64,000 nucleotides of DNA from Syntrophales bacterium. Its GTDB lineage: Bacteria; Desulfobacterota; Syntrophia; Syntrophales; UBA4778. The notes under the pieces were generated by a model. The model was not told the DNA's origin. It made no database searches and was given only the letters and a program-made list of their open reading frames with translations. The position numbers were made by a program, and so were the translations under genes. The stretch's first letter is position 1. The number at the start of each line of letters is the position of its first letter. Location of the stretch: the NCBI GenBank assembly GCA_963665615.2, contig CAXXQE010000001.1, positions 265,151-329,150 on the forward strand, in the 5' to 3' direction. This document shows positions 38,928-49,724 of the stretch, piece by piece.

Positions 38928-40769
38928 GTGGAAACAAGAATTTCGGTCCTACCGAAAGACATCGCCGACAAGATTGCGGCAGGGGAGGTCGTCGAGCGGC
39001 CGGCGTCGATCGTCAAGGAACTGCTTGAAAACGCTGTCGATGCGGAGGCGACGGACATCGTGATTGAGCTGGAGGAGGGCGGCAAGGCCTCGATCCGGAT
39101 CACCGATAACGGCGCCGGCATCGACCCCCGGGATGTTGAAACGGCCTTCGAGCGGCACGCCACGAGCAAGATCGCGACGCTTGAGGATATGTACCGCATC
39201 CGTTCCTTCGGCTTCAGGGGCGAGGCGCTGCCGAGCATCGCGGCGATTGCCGATGTGGAATTGATGACCCGTCGCCGTGGGGACCTCTCGGGCGTCCGTG
39301 TCCGTGTAGAAGGCGGGCACCTCATCGAGGCGGCCTCTGCCGGTTGTCCCGAGGGGACGACCTTTCTGGTGCGCAATATCTTCCATGCGATTCCCGCCCG
39401 GAAAAAGTTTCTGAAGAAAGATGCGATCGAGCAGAGCTACTGTCTCGACGTGATTACACGGATCGCGCTGGCGTATCCGGATATCCGCATCACGGTGAAC
39501 CAAAACGGCAAAACGCTCTTCAAGGCGCCGAAGACAAGGGACATGGCCGAACGGATTGCGCTCATTCTCGGCGCGGATTTCAACAAGCGAATCCTGCCGG
39601 TGGAGGGGACGCACGACGGCGTCCGTCTTCACGGCTATATCTCGCGGCCGGATTTCACGCGCACCTCGTCGAAGAGCATCTTTCTCTATGTCAACGGCCG
39701 CAGCGTCCGCGACGCCCTCATTACGTCCGCTGTCATGAACGCCTACCGGGGGCAGCTCGAACCCCGGAAATATCCCGCGGTCGTGCTCTTCGTGGATGTC
39801 GCCCCGGAGGAGGTGGACGTCAACGTCCATCCCGCCAAGACAGAAGTGCGCTTTCGGGAATCCAAAAAGGTCTATGAGACGGTCTTGGAGACCCTGGCGG
39901 TGGCGCTGTCCAGATCGCTGCTGTCGGCTACCTCGACGGCTGAACCCTCGAGGCCGTCGCCGTCCTTTTCGCAGTCGTCCGGTTCGAGTTTCTCCCAACC
40001 GAGTTTTTCGCGGTCCGGCAGATCGGATTACGCCGTCAAGGAGAATCCTTACCGCTACTTCATTTCGACAGGCGCGGCCAAGCCCGTCTACCAGCCGGTT
40101 CCCGAAGTGCCTCCCGCAAGACCAGAACCGATGGCGCTTCCCGTCGGTCCGGCGAGTGCAGCGTCTGATGCGGCGGCAGAGACCGAAGGTTTTCTGTCCA
40201 GCCGTGATTATCTCGGACAGGTGGGCGGAACGTATCTCGTCTTTGCGAAAGCGGACGGCCTGGTGCTCGTCGATCAGCACGCCGCGCATGAGCGAATCCG
40301 CTATGAGCGGCTGAAGGAAGCCGACGCGCGACATTCCCTGCCGAGTCAGATGCTTCTGCTCCCGGAGGTGATTGCGCTTTCCCCTTCGGAGTGCGCGCTC
40401 ATGGCCGAATTCGAGGAGGTCTTTCAGAGAATCGGGATGGAAATCACCGTGCTCGGGCAGGACAGCGTGGCCGTGAAATCGATGCCCGATTTTATTTCGA
40501 CGGATGTGGCGACCGTGATCCGCGACATGCTTGCTGAGGTCGCCGACCTGGGCAAGACGCATGCTCCGGATCTGATCAAGGAAAAAATCTTCGCATCGCT
40601 TGCCTGCAAGGGGGCCGTCAAGGCCCATGACCGGTTGACCGAGCGCGAGGTGATCGCGCTGTGTGAGGACCTCAACCGCATCCCGAATGCCGCGACCTGT
40701 CCGCACGGCAGGCCGGTGTACGTGCAGTTTGCGATGAAGGACCTGGAGCGGCTTTTCAAAAGAACGTAA
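38928..40769 (+). CDS. mutL: DNA mismatch repair protein MutL
   Basis: IAAGEVVERPAS, GFRGEAL, DQHAAHERI, ACK, CPHGRP. Confidence 0.98.
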   Translation: METRISVLPKDIADKIAAGEVVERPASIVKELLENAVDAEATDIVIELEEGGKASIRITDNGAGIDPRDVETAFERHATSKIATLEDMYRIRSFGFRGEALPSIAAIADVELMTRRRGDLSGVRVRVEGGHLIEAASAGCPEGTTFLVRNIFHAIPARKKFLKKDAIEQSYCLDVITRIALAYPDIRITVNQNGKTLFKAPKTRDMAERIALILGADFNKRILPVEGTHDGVRLHGYISRPDFTRTSSKSIFLYVNGRSVRDALITSAVMNAYRGQLEPRKYPAVVLFVDVAPEEVDVNVHPAKTEVRFRESKKVYETVLETLAVALSRSLLSATSTAEPSRPSPSFSQSSGSSFSQPSFSRSGRSDYAVKENPYRYFISTGAAKPVYQPVPEVPPARPEPMALPVGPASAASDAAAETEGFLSSRDYLGQVGGTYLVFAKADGLVLVDQHAAHERIRYERLKEADARHSLPSQMLLLPEVIALSPSECALMAEFEEVFQRIGMEITVLGQDSVAVKSMPDFISTDVATVIRDMLAEVADLGKTHAPDLIKEKIFASLACKGAVKAHDRLTEREVIALCEDLNRIPNAATCPHGRPVYVQFAMKDLERLFKRT

Positions 40770-40778
40770 ATAGAAAAT

Positions 40779-40902
40779 AGTGACAGGTCACGAGTAACGA
40801 GTGACGAGTATAAAACAACCGCACGCTTTCGCTGACGCTTGCTTGCCACCGGGTGCGTGTCACTATCTTTTACCTGTCACTTGTAACCCGTCACTTGTGA
40901 CT
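40779..40902. repeat. Inverted pair of heptamer tandem arrays
   Basis: agtgacaggtcacgagtaacgagtgacgagt ... acctgtcacttgtaacccgtcacttgtgact. Confidence 0.7.
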
Positions 40903-40937
40903 CATTCTCTTATCCCATTTTCATTCAAAGAAACCAT

Positions 40938-41909
40938 ATGAGCGATCTGAACAATCCCCCCCAAAGGCCCCGCATCGTGATCATCGTCGGACCGACGGGC
41001 GTCGGCAAGTCGGCCGTGGCCATCGAACTGGCTGGCCAGTTCGGCGGTGAGATCGTCAACGCCGATGCGATGCAGGTTTACCGGCGCATGGATATCGGCA
41101 CGGCGAAACCGACGATAGGCGAACGTCGGGGCATTCCTCACCACCTCCTTGACGTTGTCGATCCGGACGAGGAATTCAACGCCGCACGCTTCGCAGCGCT
41201 CGCCGGGGAAAAAATCGCGGAAATCCGGGGCAGTGGCCGTCCGGTTTTCATTGTCGGGGGAACGGGACTGTACATCAAGGCCCTGACCCAAGGACTCTTC
41301 GAGGGACCGCCCGCCGATGCCGAACTGCGTCGCCGCTACCGGGAGCGGATCGACACGGAAGGCGTTGAGGCCCTCTACCGCGAACTCCAGGAGAAGGACC
41401 CCGCGGCCGCGGCCCGGATTCAACCCCGCGACCAGGTGCGTATCATCCGGGCCCTGGAGATTGTGACCCTCAGCGGGGAGACCATCACCCTCAAGCAGGC
41501 CGAGCATGGTTTCCGGGATGAGCCTTACGAAGCCCTGAAAATCGGCCTTACGATGGACCGGACGATGCTCTATGAGCGGATCGATGCGCGCTGTAAGCGG
41601 ATGGTCGATGACGGCCTGGTTGACGAGGTTCGGGGGCTCCTGGCCGCAGGCTATGACGCCAGTCTCAAGCCAATGGGAGCCATCGGCTACCGGCAGACGG
41701 TTGCCTATCTCCGGGGGGATTGCGATCTGGCGGCGGCGCTTGCCGATATGCAGCAGGAAACCCGCCGCTATGCGAAACGTCAATGGACCTGGTTTCGGGG
41801 AGATAAAGAGGTCCGGTGGTTTACCCCCGACCAACTCGACGCCATTCCGCCTCTTGTCGAAGCATTTTACCGGTCAGATTCAGAGTGCCTTTCCAGCGAA
41901 AAACCTTGA
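40938..41909 (+). CDS. miaA: tRNA dimethylallyltransferase
   Basis: GPTGVGKS, DAMQVYRRMDIGTAKP, VGGTGLY, YAKRQWTWF. Confidence 0.98.
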   Translation: MSDLNNPPQRPRIVIIVGPTGVGKSAVAIELAGQFGGEIVNADAMQVYRRMDIGTAKPTIGERRGIPHHLLDVVDPDEEFNAARFAALAGEKIAEIRGSGRPVFIVGGTGLYIKALTQGLFEGPPADAELRRRYRERIDTEGVEALYRELQEKDPAAAARIQPRDQVRIIRALEIVTLSGETITLKQAEHGFRDEPYEALKIGLTMDRTMLYERIDARCKRMVDDGLVDEVRGLLAAGYDASLKPMGAIGYRQTVAYLRGDCDLAAALADMQQETRRYAKRQWTWFRGDKEVRWFTPDQLDAIPPLVEAFYRSDSECLSSEKP

Positions 41910-42034
41910 CTTAAAAATCCAATGAATATATGGATGTACCCAAATATTTCGACGCTTTTCACCCGTCCGTCGATGGACGACGCGCAGCGTGAGACCCCGG
42001 GATTCTTCCGGGGTACTTTTTATTCCGAGGAATT

Positions 42035-44695
42035 ATGAAAGCAGACAACCTACCGAAGAGTTTTGAACCTGAATCCGTTGAGTCCAAGTGGTATCGGTAC
42101 TGGGAAGAAAAAGGGTTTTTCACTGCGGCGGGGAAGAGTGCCCGTAAGCCTTTTTCCATCGTCATTCCGCCGCCGAACGTCACCGGCATCTTGCACATGG
42201 GGCATGCCCTGAACAATACGCTACAGGACATCATGGTCCGGTTCCGCCGGATGCAGGGGTATAACGCCCTGTGGATGCCGGGCACCGACCACGCGGGTAT
42301 TGCGACGCAGAACGTCGTCGAGCAGAGCCTGGCCAAAGAGGGGACGGACCGCCACGAACTCGGACGGGAGAAATTCATCGAGCGGGTCTGGGAATGGAAG
42401 CGTCACCACGGCGGCGTCATCATCAACCAGTTGAAAAGGCTGGGCTGCTCCTGCGACTGGTCCCGCGAACGCTTCACGATGGATGCGGGGCTTTCCCGCG
42501 CGGTGCGCGAGGTCTTCGTCCGTCTGTACAATGACGACCTGATCTATCAGGGGGATTACATCGTTAACTGGTGTCCCCGCTGCCATACGGCGATCTCCGA
42601 TCTGGAGGTCGAGTTCACCGAGGAAAAGAGCAAACTCTGGGAGCTCCGCTATCCGTTCGCCGAGGGCGAGGGCGGCATCGTCGTGGCGACGACGCGTCCG
42701 GAGACCATGCTTGGGGACACGGCGGTCGCCGTCCACCCCGACGATCCGCGCTACAAGGATATTATCGGCAAGGACGTGATTCTGCCCCTGATGAACCGGC
42801 GGATTCCGGTCATCGCTGACGAATACGTCACGATGGAGTTCGGGTCGGGCGCCGTCAAGATCACGCCTGCCTGCGATCCGGCGGACTTTGCCATGGCCGA
42901 GCGGCATGACCTGGAAATCATCAAGATCATGGACGGCAGCGCCGTCATCAACGAAAATGGCGGCCCCTACCAGGGGCAGGACCGTTACGAGGCCCGCGCC
43001 AATATCGTGCGCGACCTGGAGGCGGGCGGCTACCTGGTCGGCATTCAGGATTACGCCCACAACATCGGCAAGTGCTACCGCTGCAAGACCGATATCGAGC
43101 CCTTTGTCTCGAAGCAGTGGTTCGTCAAGGTCAAGCCCCTGGCCAAACAGGCCGTGGCCGCCGTGACGAAGGGCAAGACCCATCTCGTGCCGTCTACATG
43201 GGAGGCGACCTACTTCGACTGGATGAACAATATCCGCGATTGGTGCATTTCCCGCCAGATCTGGTGGGGACACCGGATCCCGGTCTGGTACTGCGACGGC
43301 TGCGGTCAGACGATTGTCGCGACCGAAGACCCGGCGACCTGCTCCAATTGCGGCAGCGCCCAGCTGCGCCAGGAAGAGGATGTGCTCGACACGTGGTTCA
43401 GTTCGGCCCTCTGGCCCTTCTCGACCCTGGGCTGGCCCGAGAAAACCGACGACCTCAAGACTTTCTATCCGACGTCGCTCCTCATCACGGGCTTCGACAT
43501 CCTCTTTTTCTGGGTGGCCCGCATGATGATGATGGGACTCTACGTCATGAAAGATGTGCCCTTCCGCGACGTCTATCTCCACGCCCTCGTTCGCGACGAG
43601 AAGGGCGAGAAGATGAGCAAGTCGAAGGGCAACGTCATCGACCCCATCGAGATGATCGAAAAGTTCGGCGCCGATGCCTTCCGCTTCACGCTGGCCGCCT
43701 TTACGGCCCAGGGGCGCGACATCCGCATGTCGGAGGACCGTATCGAGGGCTACCGTCATTTCATCAACAAGATCTGGAATGCGACCAAGTTCTCCCTCAT
43801 GAATCTGGAAGACTATCCGGAAGGGGAGGCGGCCGGGCGCGGGGAGTATTCCCTGAGCGACCGTTGGATTCGCAGCCGGCTCAACCGCGCGATCGAGGAG
43901 GTCACGCGTCATCTCGACGAGTATCGCTTCAACGAGGCCGCAGGCAGGATCTATCAGTTCTTCTGGCTGGAGTTCTGCGACTGGTATCTCGAGTTGGTCA
44001 AGCCGGTGCTGTACGGCAATGACGATCTGGCGAAGAAACGCGCCGCCCAGGAAACCCTGCTCGGCTGTCTCAAGGACGCGATGAAGCTGCTGCACCCGAT
44101 CATGCCCTTCCTGACCGAAGAGATCTGGCAGGTGATTTCGCAGGACGGCGGTTCCATCATGGTGAGCGAGTATCCCGCCTATGATGAGGCTCTGAACGAT
44201 CCGGATGCTGAACGGGATATGGCGCAGGTCATGGACGTGATCGGCGCCATTCGCAATATCCGTGGCGAGATGAACATCCTGCCGTCGCGGAAACTGCAGG
44301 TCGTTATCGGGGCGCCGGACGAAAAGAGCCGGGACCTGCTTCGCGAGACCGCCAATTACATCGTCAATCTGGCTCGCCTCGAAACGATCGAGATCGACAC
44401 GAAGGTTGAGGAACCTAAAGGGGCGGCAACGGGCGTGGCCGGACTCGTCAACGTTTACGTATTGCTCGAAGGCGTGGTCGATATCGCCGGCGAGAAGGCG
44501 CGTCTTGACAAGGAGATCGCCAAACTGAATAAGGAATTGACGGCATGCGGCAACAAACTGGCGAATTCCGATTTCAAGCAGAAGGCCGCCGAAGCGGTCA
44601 TCAAGAAGGAAGAGGCCAAGTTCGCAGAGCTGAAGGAAAAGTTGAGCGTGCTGGCGACAGCGGCAGAGAAATTTAAGTCGCTCGCCTCGAAGTAG
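42035..44695 (+). CDS. valS: Valine--tRNA ligase
   Basis: PPPNVTGILHMGH, DHAGIATQ, DWCISRQ, KMSKS, C-terminal coiled coil. Confidence 0.99.
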   Translation: MKADNLPKSFEPESVESKWYRYWEEKGFFTAAGKSARKPFSIVIPPPNVTGILHMGHALNNTLQDIMVRFRRMQGYNALWMPGTDHAGIATQNVVEQSLAKEGTDRHELGREKFIERVWEWKRHHGGVIINQLKRLGCSCDWSRERFTMDAGLSRAVREVFVRLYNDDLIYQGDYIVNWCPRCHTAISDLEVEFTEEKSKLWELRYPFAEGEGGIVVATTRPETMLGDTAVAVHPDDPRYKDIIGKDVILPLMNRRIPVIADEYVTMEFGSGAVKITPACDPADFAMAERHDLEIIKIMDGSAVINENGGPYQGQDRYEARANIVRDLEAGGYLVGIQDYAHNIGKCYRCKTDIEPFVSKQWFVKVKPLAKQAVAAVTKGKTHLVPSTWEATYFDWMNNIRDWCISRQIWWGHRIPVWYCDGCGQTIVATEDPATCSNCGSAQLRQEEDVLDTWFSSALWPFSTLGWPEKTDDLKTFYPTSLLITGFDILFFWVARMMMMGLYVMKDVPFRDVYLHALVRDEKGEKMSKSKGNVIDPIEMIEKFGADAFRFTLAAFTAQGRDIRMSEDRIEGYRHFINKIWNATKFSLMNLEDYPEGEAAGRGEYSLSDRWIRSRLNRAIEEVTRHLDEYRFNEAAGRIYQFFWLEFCDWYLELVKPVLYGNDDLAKKRAAQETLLGCLKDAMKLLHPIMPFLTEEIWQVISQDGGSIMVSEYPAYDEALNDPDAERDMAQVMDVIGAIRNIRGEMNILPSRKLQVVIGAPDEKSRDLLRETANYIVNLARLETIEIDTKVEEPKGAATGVAGLVNVYVLLEGVVDIAGEKARLDKEIAKLNKELTACGNKLANSDFKQKAAEAVIKKEEAKFAELKEKLSVLATAAEKFKSLASK

Positions 44696-44720
44696 CGGAT
44701 TGAGTGATTCGGGAGGAAAT

Positions 44721-45563
44721 GTGCTGGAGCAGTCCATTATCAAGGACATCATCGTAGCCGCACTGGCCGAGGATATCGGCTCCGGAGATGTGACAACCTC
44801 GTCGATTCTTACCGGCGAAGAGATGGGGGGGGCTCGAGCCGTCGCCAAATCGCGGATGATTGTAGCGGGCATTGATGTCTTCAAGGAGGTCTTTCTCCAC
44901 AACGATCCGGATGTCTGCTTTGGACAGAGCACGATTGACGGACAGGAGGCGATGCCGGGCGATGTTCTTGTGGAGCTATCCGGTCGTCTCGCTGCGATCC
45001 TGACTGCCGAACGCGTGGCGCTCAATCTGCTGCAGCGCATGTGCGGCATCGCGACGATGACCCGGAGCTACGTGGAGGCCGTCAAGGGGACGACTGCGCG
45101 CATTCTCGACACCCGCAAGACTCTGCCGGGCCTGCGCATCCTGGATAAATACGCCGTTCGGGTCGGCGGGGGCTTCAATCACCGGATCGGACTCTACGAC
45201 GGCATTCTCGTCAAGGACAATCACATCGAGGCCGCGGGGGGCATCAAGTCTGCGGTGGAGCGGGTCCGACAAGCGGCGCCTCACACCCTGCGTATTGAAG
45301 TAGAGGCCGCGACGTTGCAGCACGTCAAGGAGGCCCTGGCTGCCGGCGTGGACATCATCATGCTGGACAACATGTCGCTCGACCAGATGCGCGAGGCTGT
45401 TGATTGCATTAAAGGGCGGGCACTTGTCGAGGCCTCGGGAAACGTAACCATGGAGCGGGTTCGAGCAATTGCCGACTGCGGCGTGGACTATATCTCCGTC
45501 GGCGCCCTGACGCACTCGGTGACAGCGGCGGATATCTCTTTAAAAGTGACGGGCAACAGGTGA
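44721..45563 (+). CDS. nadC: Quinolinate phosphoribosyltransferase
   Basis: EDIGSGDVT, DTRKTLPG, NHRIGL, KDNH, MLDN, EASG, SVGALTHS. Confidence 0.97.
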   Translation: MLEQSIIKDIIVAALAEDIGSGDVTTSSILTGEEMGGARAVAKSRMIVAGIDVFKEVFLHNDPDVCFGQSTIDGQEAMPGDVLVELSGRLAAILTAERVALNLLQRMCGIATMTRSYVEAVKGTTARILDTRKTLPGLRILDKYAVRVGGGFNHRIGLYDGILVKDNHIEAAGGIKSAVERVRQAAPHTLRIEVEAATLQHVKEALAAGVDIIMLDNMSLDQMREAVDCIKGRALVEASGNVTMERVRAIADCGVDYISVGALTHSVTAADISLKVTGNR

Positions 45564-45591
45564 CGAGTCACAAGTCACAAGCAGAAACGAT

Positions 45592-45680
45592 AGAAGTTGA
45601 GAAGCTGAGAGGTTAAGAAGTTAAGCAAAAGCGGGGCGATCGTGTTTTTCTCGACTTCTCAGCCTCTTAGCTTCTCAACC
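45592..45680. repeat. Inverted pair of octamer tandem arrays
   Basis: agaagttgagaagctgagaggttaagaag ... cttctcagcctcttagcttctcaac. Confidence 0.7.
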
Positions 45681-45693
45681 CCGGGGTTATTTA

Positions 45694-46482
45694 ATGGATC
45701 TCAACAGGCTTTCGGAAGCCTTGGCGTCATCATTGATCGGCCGTAAGATTGTTTTTCTCGAAGAGGTCGATTCCACCAACGTCTATGCCGCGGAACTTGG
45801 TCGCAAGGGAGCTGAGGAGGGTACTGTTGTCATTGCCGACACTCAGACCGCCGGCAAGGGGCGGTTGGGGCGCTATTGGCAATCCCCGTCGGGGGTCAAT
45901 CTCTACGCCTCGATCGTGCTGAGGCCGCAGGGGGATCCTGCGGGTTTCTCCGGAATGACACTGGTGGCGGGCATCGCCGTGGCCGAGGCAATCCGGTCGT
46001 TCTGTCCGGAGGGGGTGACCCTCAAATGGCCGAACGATGTCCAGATCAACGGCAAAAAGGTTTGCGGAATTCTCTCCGAGATGCATGGAACCGTCGGATC
46101 GACCGGCTTCATTGTTATCGGGATCGGCGTTAATATCAACATCCGTCGTTTGGAGTTTCAACAAGACCTGAGGGACATTGCCACCTCGCTTTTGGAAGAG
46201 ACCGGACGTCAGACCGATCGCACAGCTTTTGTGGAGGCGCTCATGAAGAGGCTGTCGCAATGGTACAAGGTTTTTCTGACGGGAGATTTCGGAGTTATTC
46301 GCGATCGCTGGCTGGCGCTTTCGACGATGATCGGCAAGGAGGTCCGCGTGACCTTTCATGACCGGGTTGAAACCGGCCGTGTGACCGGGATGGATGAGAC
46401 GGGCGCCCTGCTTTTGGCGGATGACAAGGGAAGAGTTCGCACGATTGTGGCGGGAGATGTGTCGTTAAGGGAATCTCGTTAA
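45694..46482 (+). CDS. birA: Biotin--protein ligase (no HTH domain)
   Basis: [25 protein letters not shown]. Confidence 0.96.
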   Translation: MDLNRLSEALASSLIGRKIVFLEEVDSTNVYAAELGRKGAEEGTVVIADTQTAGKGRLGRYWQSPSGVNLYASIVLRPQGDPAGFSGMTLVAGIAVAEAIRSFCPEGVTLKWPNDVQINGKKVCGILSEMHGTVGSTGFIVIGIGVNINIRRLEFQQDLRDIATSLLEETGRQTDRTAFVEALMKRLSQWYKVFLTGDFGVIRDRWLALSTMIGKEVRVTFHDRVETGRVTGMDETGALLLADDKGRVRTIVAGDVSLRESR

Positions 46483-46495
46483 AAAGGAGGAAGGT

Positions 46496-47263
46496 ATGCT
46501 TCTGGTTATCGATGTCGGCAATACGAATACCGTACTCGGGCTATACGACGGCGACGAGTTGATCCACAACTGGCGAATTCGCACTGTTGCGGACAGCACC
46601 GCTGACGAATACGGCGTTCTCATCCTGAATCTCTACAATGCCACGAAGGTCTCTTCCCGGGCCGTTGAAGACATCGTCATCTCCTGCGTGGTTCCTCCCA
46701 TGATGAACATCCTGGAGCCGCTGTGCGAAAAGTATTTCCATGTCAAACCGCTGGTCATCGGGCCGGGGGTCAAGACGGGGATGCCGATCTTTTACGACAA
46801 TCCCAAAGAGGTGGGCGCGGATCGCATCGTGAATGCGGTGGCAGCCTACGAGAAATACAAGAGCGCTCTCATCATCATCGACTTCGGCACCGCAACCACC
46901 TTCGATTACGTCTCGGCCAAGGGGGAATACATGGGCGGCTGTATCTGTCCGGGGATTGCGATCTCGAGCTCTGCGCTTTTCGAACGTGCCGCCAAGCTGC
47001 CGCGCGTGGAGTTCAGCCGGCCTAAGACCATCATCGCCAAGGATACGGTCAGCAGCATGCAGGCGGGGATCATGTTCGGCTATGCAGGGCTGGTGGACGG
47101 GATCGTCGATCGAATGAAACAGGAGTCAAAGACCGATCCGAAGATCGTCGCCACGGGGGGGCTGGCCGCTATCATTGCGCCGGAGACAAAGAGCATCGAG
47201 GTGGTTGACGACATGCTGACGCTGGAGGGATTGCGCATCATTTATCAGAAGAACAAGTCGTGA
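46496..47263 (+). CDS. coaX: Type III pantothenate kinase
   Basis: [24 protein letters not shown]. Confidence 0.97.
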   Translation: MLLVIDVGNTNTVLGLYDGDELIHNWRIRTVADSTADEYGVLILNLYNATKVSSRAVEDIVISCVVPPMMNILEPLCEKYFHVKPLVIGPGVKTGMPIFYDNPKEVGADRIVNAVAAYEKYKSALIIIDFGTATTFDYVSAKGEYMGGCICPGIAISSSALFERAAKLPRVEFSRPKTIIAKDTVSSMQAGIMFGYAGLVDGIVDRMKQESKTDPKIVATGGLAAIIAPETKSIEVVDDMLTLEGLRIIYQKNKS

Positions 47264-47350
47264 GGCCTGCCTTCGGCCCTGCCCATCGGGCGTTGGCTAT
47301 TGCGGTTCAGTTGCGGGTTTACATTTGCGGTTAGTGCAGGAGTGGACATC

Positions 47351-48715
47351 GTGTCGAAGAAACAGACCTTCATCAGCTTTGAGGGAGATCAGGCCAAGGT
47401 CCTTTTTGTTACGAGAAAAAAAGGGGCTGTCGTCATTGACAACACCTGTTTGATTCAAATCAATGCGCTGGACCGCTTTCTAGAGGAACAGCGCAGCCTC
47501 CCCAACTTGCACGTCATATACCCCTTCCGACAATTTTACAGCGATATTCTGTCGGTTCCAGCCGTCAAGACGAAATTTCTCGACACCGTCGTTTCGATCG
47601 AAATCAAAAAGCGCTTTCCGCTGCTCAGAGACTTTTCTTTTTTCTACATGCCGTTAACGGAGAAGGCGGTGGACGAAAAGGCGCCGCTGGAGATCTTCTT
47701 CTGCGCCGTCGAGAACGACGAGATCAATGCTATTGTCGATCGTTTCAGTTTCAAAGGCAAACCTGTGCAGTGCGTCCTGCCGGATATCGTGCCGCTTGCC
47801 CGCCTTCTGGCGGCCCATGAAAAAACCGATGAAAAACCCGTTCTGGGGCTGCTGGGCCGTAGAGAAGAAAAGACACTCTTTCTGCTCAAAAGCGGCCGCA
47901 TCCATTTTGTCCGCATCGTCGCCTCTGATTCGGCAGGAATTGCCGACGAGGATATGGACAATATCAATATGACGGTCAGCTATTGCAGACAGCAGTTGCG
48001 TTTGGAGCCGGAGAAGATTGTGTGCATCGACGGCGCCGCAGGATCGGAGGGACTGCCCGCCCGGGCCGCGATACCGATCGTGCGTCCCGATTATCTGGAA
48101 GGCTTCGGGCAGCCGCGGGTCCCCCGCGATTTTTTCATTCCTTACGCCGCAGCCGTGTTTTTTGATACGCCGGTCGAATGCAATCTTTTACCGCATCATC
48201 ATCGGACGCTCTTTCTGCAGCGCCTGGTCTTTTCCTATGCGGCCACGTTTTTTCTGATCATTGCAATATTGGGGCTAGCGTACACTGTTTTTAACCTTGC
48301 CGAAGCGGTGTGGTATCGGGGGAAGATTGAGTCCATCCGGAAAAATATGGCAGGCGCCGATACGGGAATGAGCGCCTACGAAAAAGCCTCTGCGGATCTT
48401 CAAAGGGTTTCCCCAATGCTCAACCTGCTCAATGAGGCCCGGTCCGCTCCGGATATGAACGAAGCGTTGCTCGCCTTGTCCTTCCTGCCGATGGCGCAGA
48501 TCGACGTGCGGGGGATTCAGGTCGATAACAAGGAGGGCAGGGTTCGTATTCAGCTGACGGGGGTGGTTTTCGGTGATGGATATGGCGCGAGGTACCAGAG
48601 TTTTCAGCGGCTCCTGGAAAAGTTCCGGGACGATCGCCGGATGACGCTTGGCACTAAGACCCTTGATCACCGGACGGGGCAATTCCAGATTGAGATGGAG
48701 ATTAACCGGTCATGA
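47351..48715 (+). CDS. PilM/PilN (MshI)-like pilus assembly protein
   Basis: Cytoplasmic domain + TM + periplasmic domain; first gene of the secretin operon (positional inference). Confidence 0.55.
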   Translation: MSKKQTFISFEGDQAKVLFVTRKKGAVVIDNTCLIQINALDRFLEEQRSLPNLHVIYPFRQFYSDILSVPAVKTKFLDTVVSIEIKKRFPLLRDFSFFYMPLTEKAVDEKAPLEIFFCAVENDEINAIVDRFSFKGKPVQCVLPDIVPLARLLAAHEKTDEKPVLGLLGRREEKTLFLLKSGRIHFVRIVASDSAGIADEDMDNINMTVSYCRQQLRLEPEKIVCIDGAAGSEGLPARAAIPIVRPDYLEGFGQPRVPRDFFIPYAAAVFFDTPVECNLLPHHHRTLFLQRLVFSYAATFFLIIAILGLAYTVFNLAEAVWYRGKIESIRKNMAGADTGMSAYEKASADLQRVSPMLNLLNEARSAPDMNEALLALSFLPMAQIDVRGIQVDNKEGRVRIQLTGVVFGDGYGARYQSFQRLLEKFRDDRRMTLGTKTLDHRTGQFQIEMEINRS

Positions 48716-49272
48716 CTTGGAACGTGGGCATAGACAATCGGCTGAGACGGGTTCTGATCTATTACGTCCTTTGCGCGGCCAGTGCGATGGTGATCTGTTC
48801 CGCCGCCGTTGTTTCGCAAAATTATGCCGCCAGCCTTGATCGAACTTACAGCGAGTTACAATTGATTCAGACAAATCGGCTGAGGCTTTTGACGGGCATT
48901 CGGGAAAAGCAGGCGATTCTGGCGAAGGTGGCGCCGATGGTCATGAACCGGTCGGCAGAAGGGATCGCGGAGGAGACCATTCTCCTGCGTGTCGATGCCA
49001 TCATGAGCCGTATGAAGGGAGCCGCTGTGGTTCTGGGGGACTTTGACCGCAATGAAAGTGGAACGGCGCTATCCGTGACGATTAGCGGTGCGTTGCGCGA
49101 CTATACGACGCTTCTGGAAGATCTCCGGTATCTTCAGGGAATGAATGCGCCCTTCTTCTTCATTCAAACGGTGACCTTGGGCAAGGGGAATAACGAAAAC
49201 GAAAAGGTGGTCGGTTTTGAGATTAAAGGCCTGCTGAGATATCCGCCGACGCCAGCGGGAGCCGTGCCATGA
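48712..49272 (+). CDS. PilO/MshJ-like membrane protein
   Basis: TM, coiled coil and ferredoxin-like tail; operon position. Confidence 0.5.
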   Translation: MTWNVGIDNRLRRVLIYYVLCAASAMVICSAAVVSQNYAASLDRTYSELQLIQTNRLRLLTGIREKQAILAKVAPMVMNRSAEGIAEETILLRVDAIMSRMKGAAVVLGDFDRNESGTALSVTISGALRDYTTLLEDLRYLQGMNAPFFFIQTVTLGKGNNENEKVVGFEIKGLLRYPPTPAGAVP

Positions 49273-49724
49273 TAAACGACCGTAAAGTCTATACGCTGTT
49301 GATTGCCATTGCGCTCGGTGTCGTTGTCGGGGTGGCGGTGATGAACCAGCTCTCGTTCAGTCTGTCGCTTTCTCCGCAGGAACAGAGGCTGCTGGCCTTT
49401 CATCGCGAGGGACAAGCGGCGATTGTTGAGCGCAAAGATGTGGCGATGGCCGGAACCCGCTGTCCCATTTCATTTGTCCCTCTCCCGGATCATGTCGCCT
49501 CCTTGGCCGCGCTTTCCGAGTCCATGCCGCGCAATGAAGAGACCGCTGCGATCCACCCAAAGGTCTCGATGATCCTGGTCAATCCGTCGAATCGGATGGC
49601 CGTCGTTGACGGCCGGCTGGTCAGCGAGGGTGATCAACTGGGGCTTGCCCGCGTGGTGAAGATAGAGAGAAACAGAGTCCTGCTTCATAACAAGAAAGGT
49701 GAGATATGGCTGACGTTCGAATGA
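49269..49724 (+). CDS. MshK/GspB-like protein
   Basis: TM, then SMILV...AVVDGRLVSEGDQL..ARVVKIE. Confidence 0.6.
   Translation: MINDRKVYTLLIAIALGVVVGVAVMNQLSFSLSLSPQEQRLLAFHREGQAAIVERKDVAMAGTRCPISFVPLPDHVASLAALSESMPRNEETAAIHPKVSMILVNPSNRMAVVDGRLVSEGDQLGLARVVKIERNRVLLHNKKGEIWLTFE

Noticed and set aside
42221..45049. 942-aa antisense ORF, and similar long ORFs opposite mutL, gpmI and the VIT gene
   Set aside because: Shadow frames of GC-rich coding genes, with no recognisable motifs
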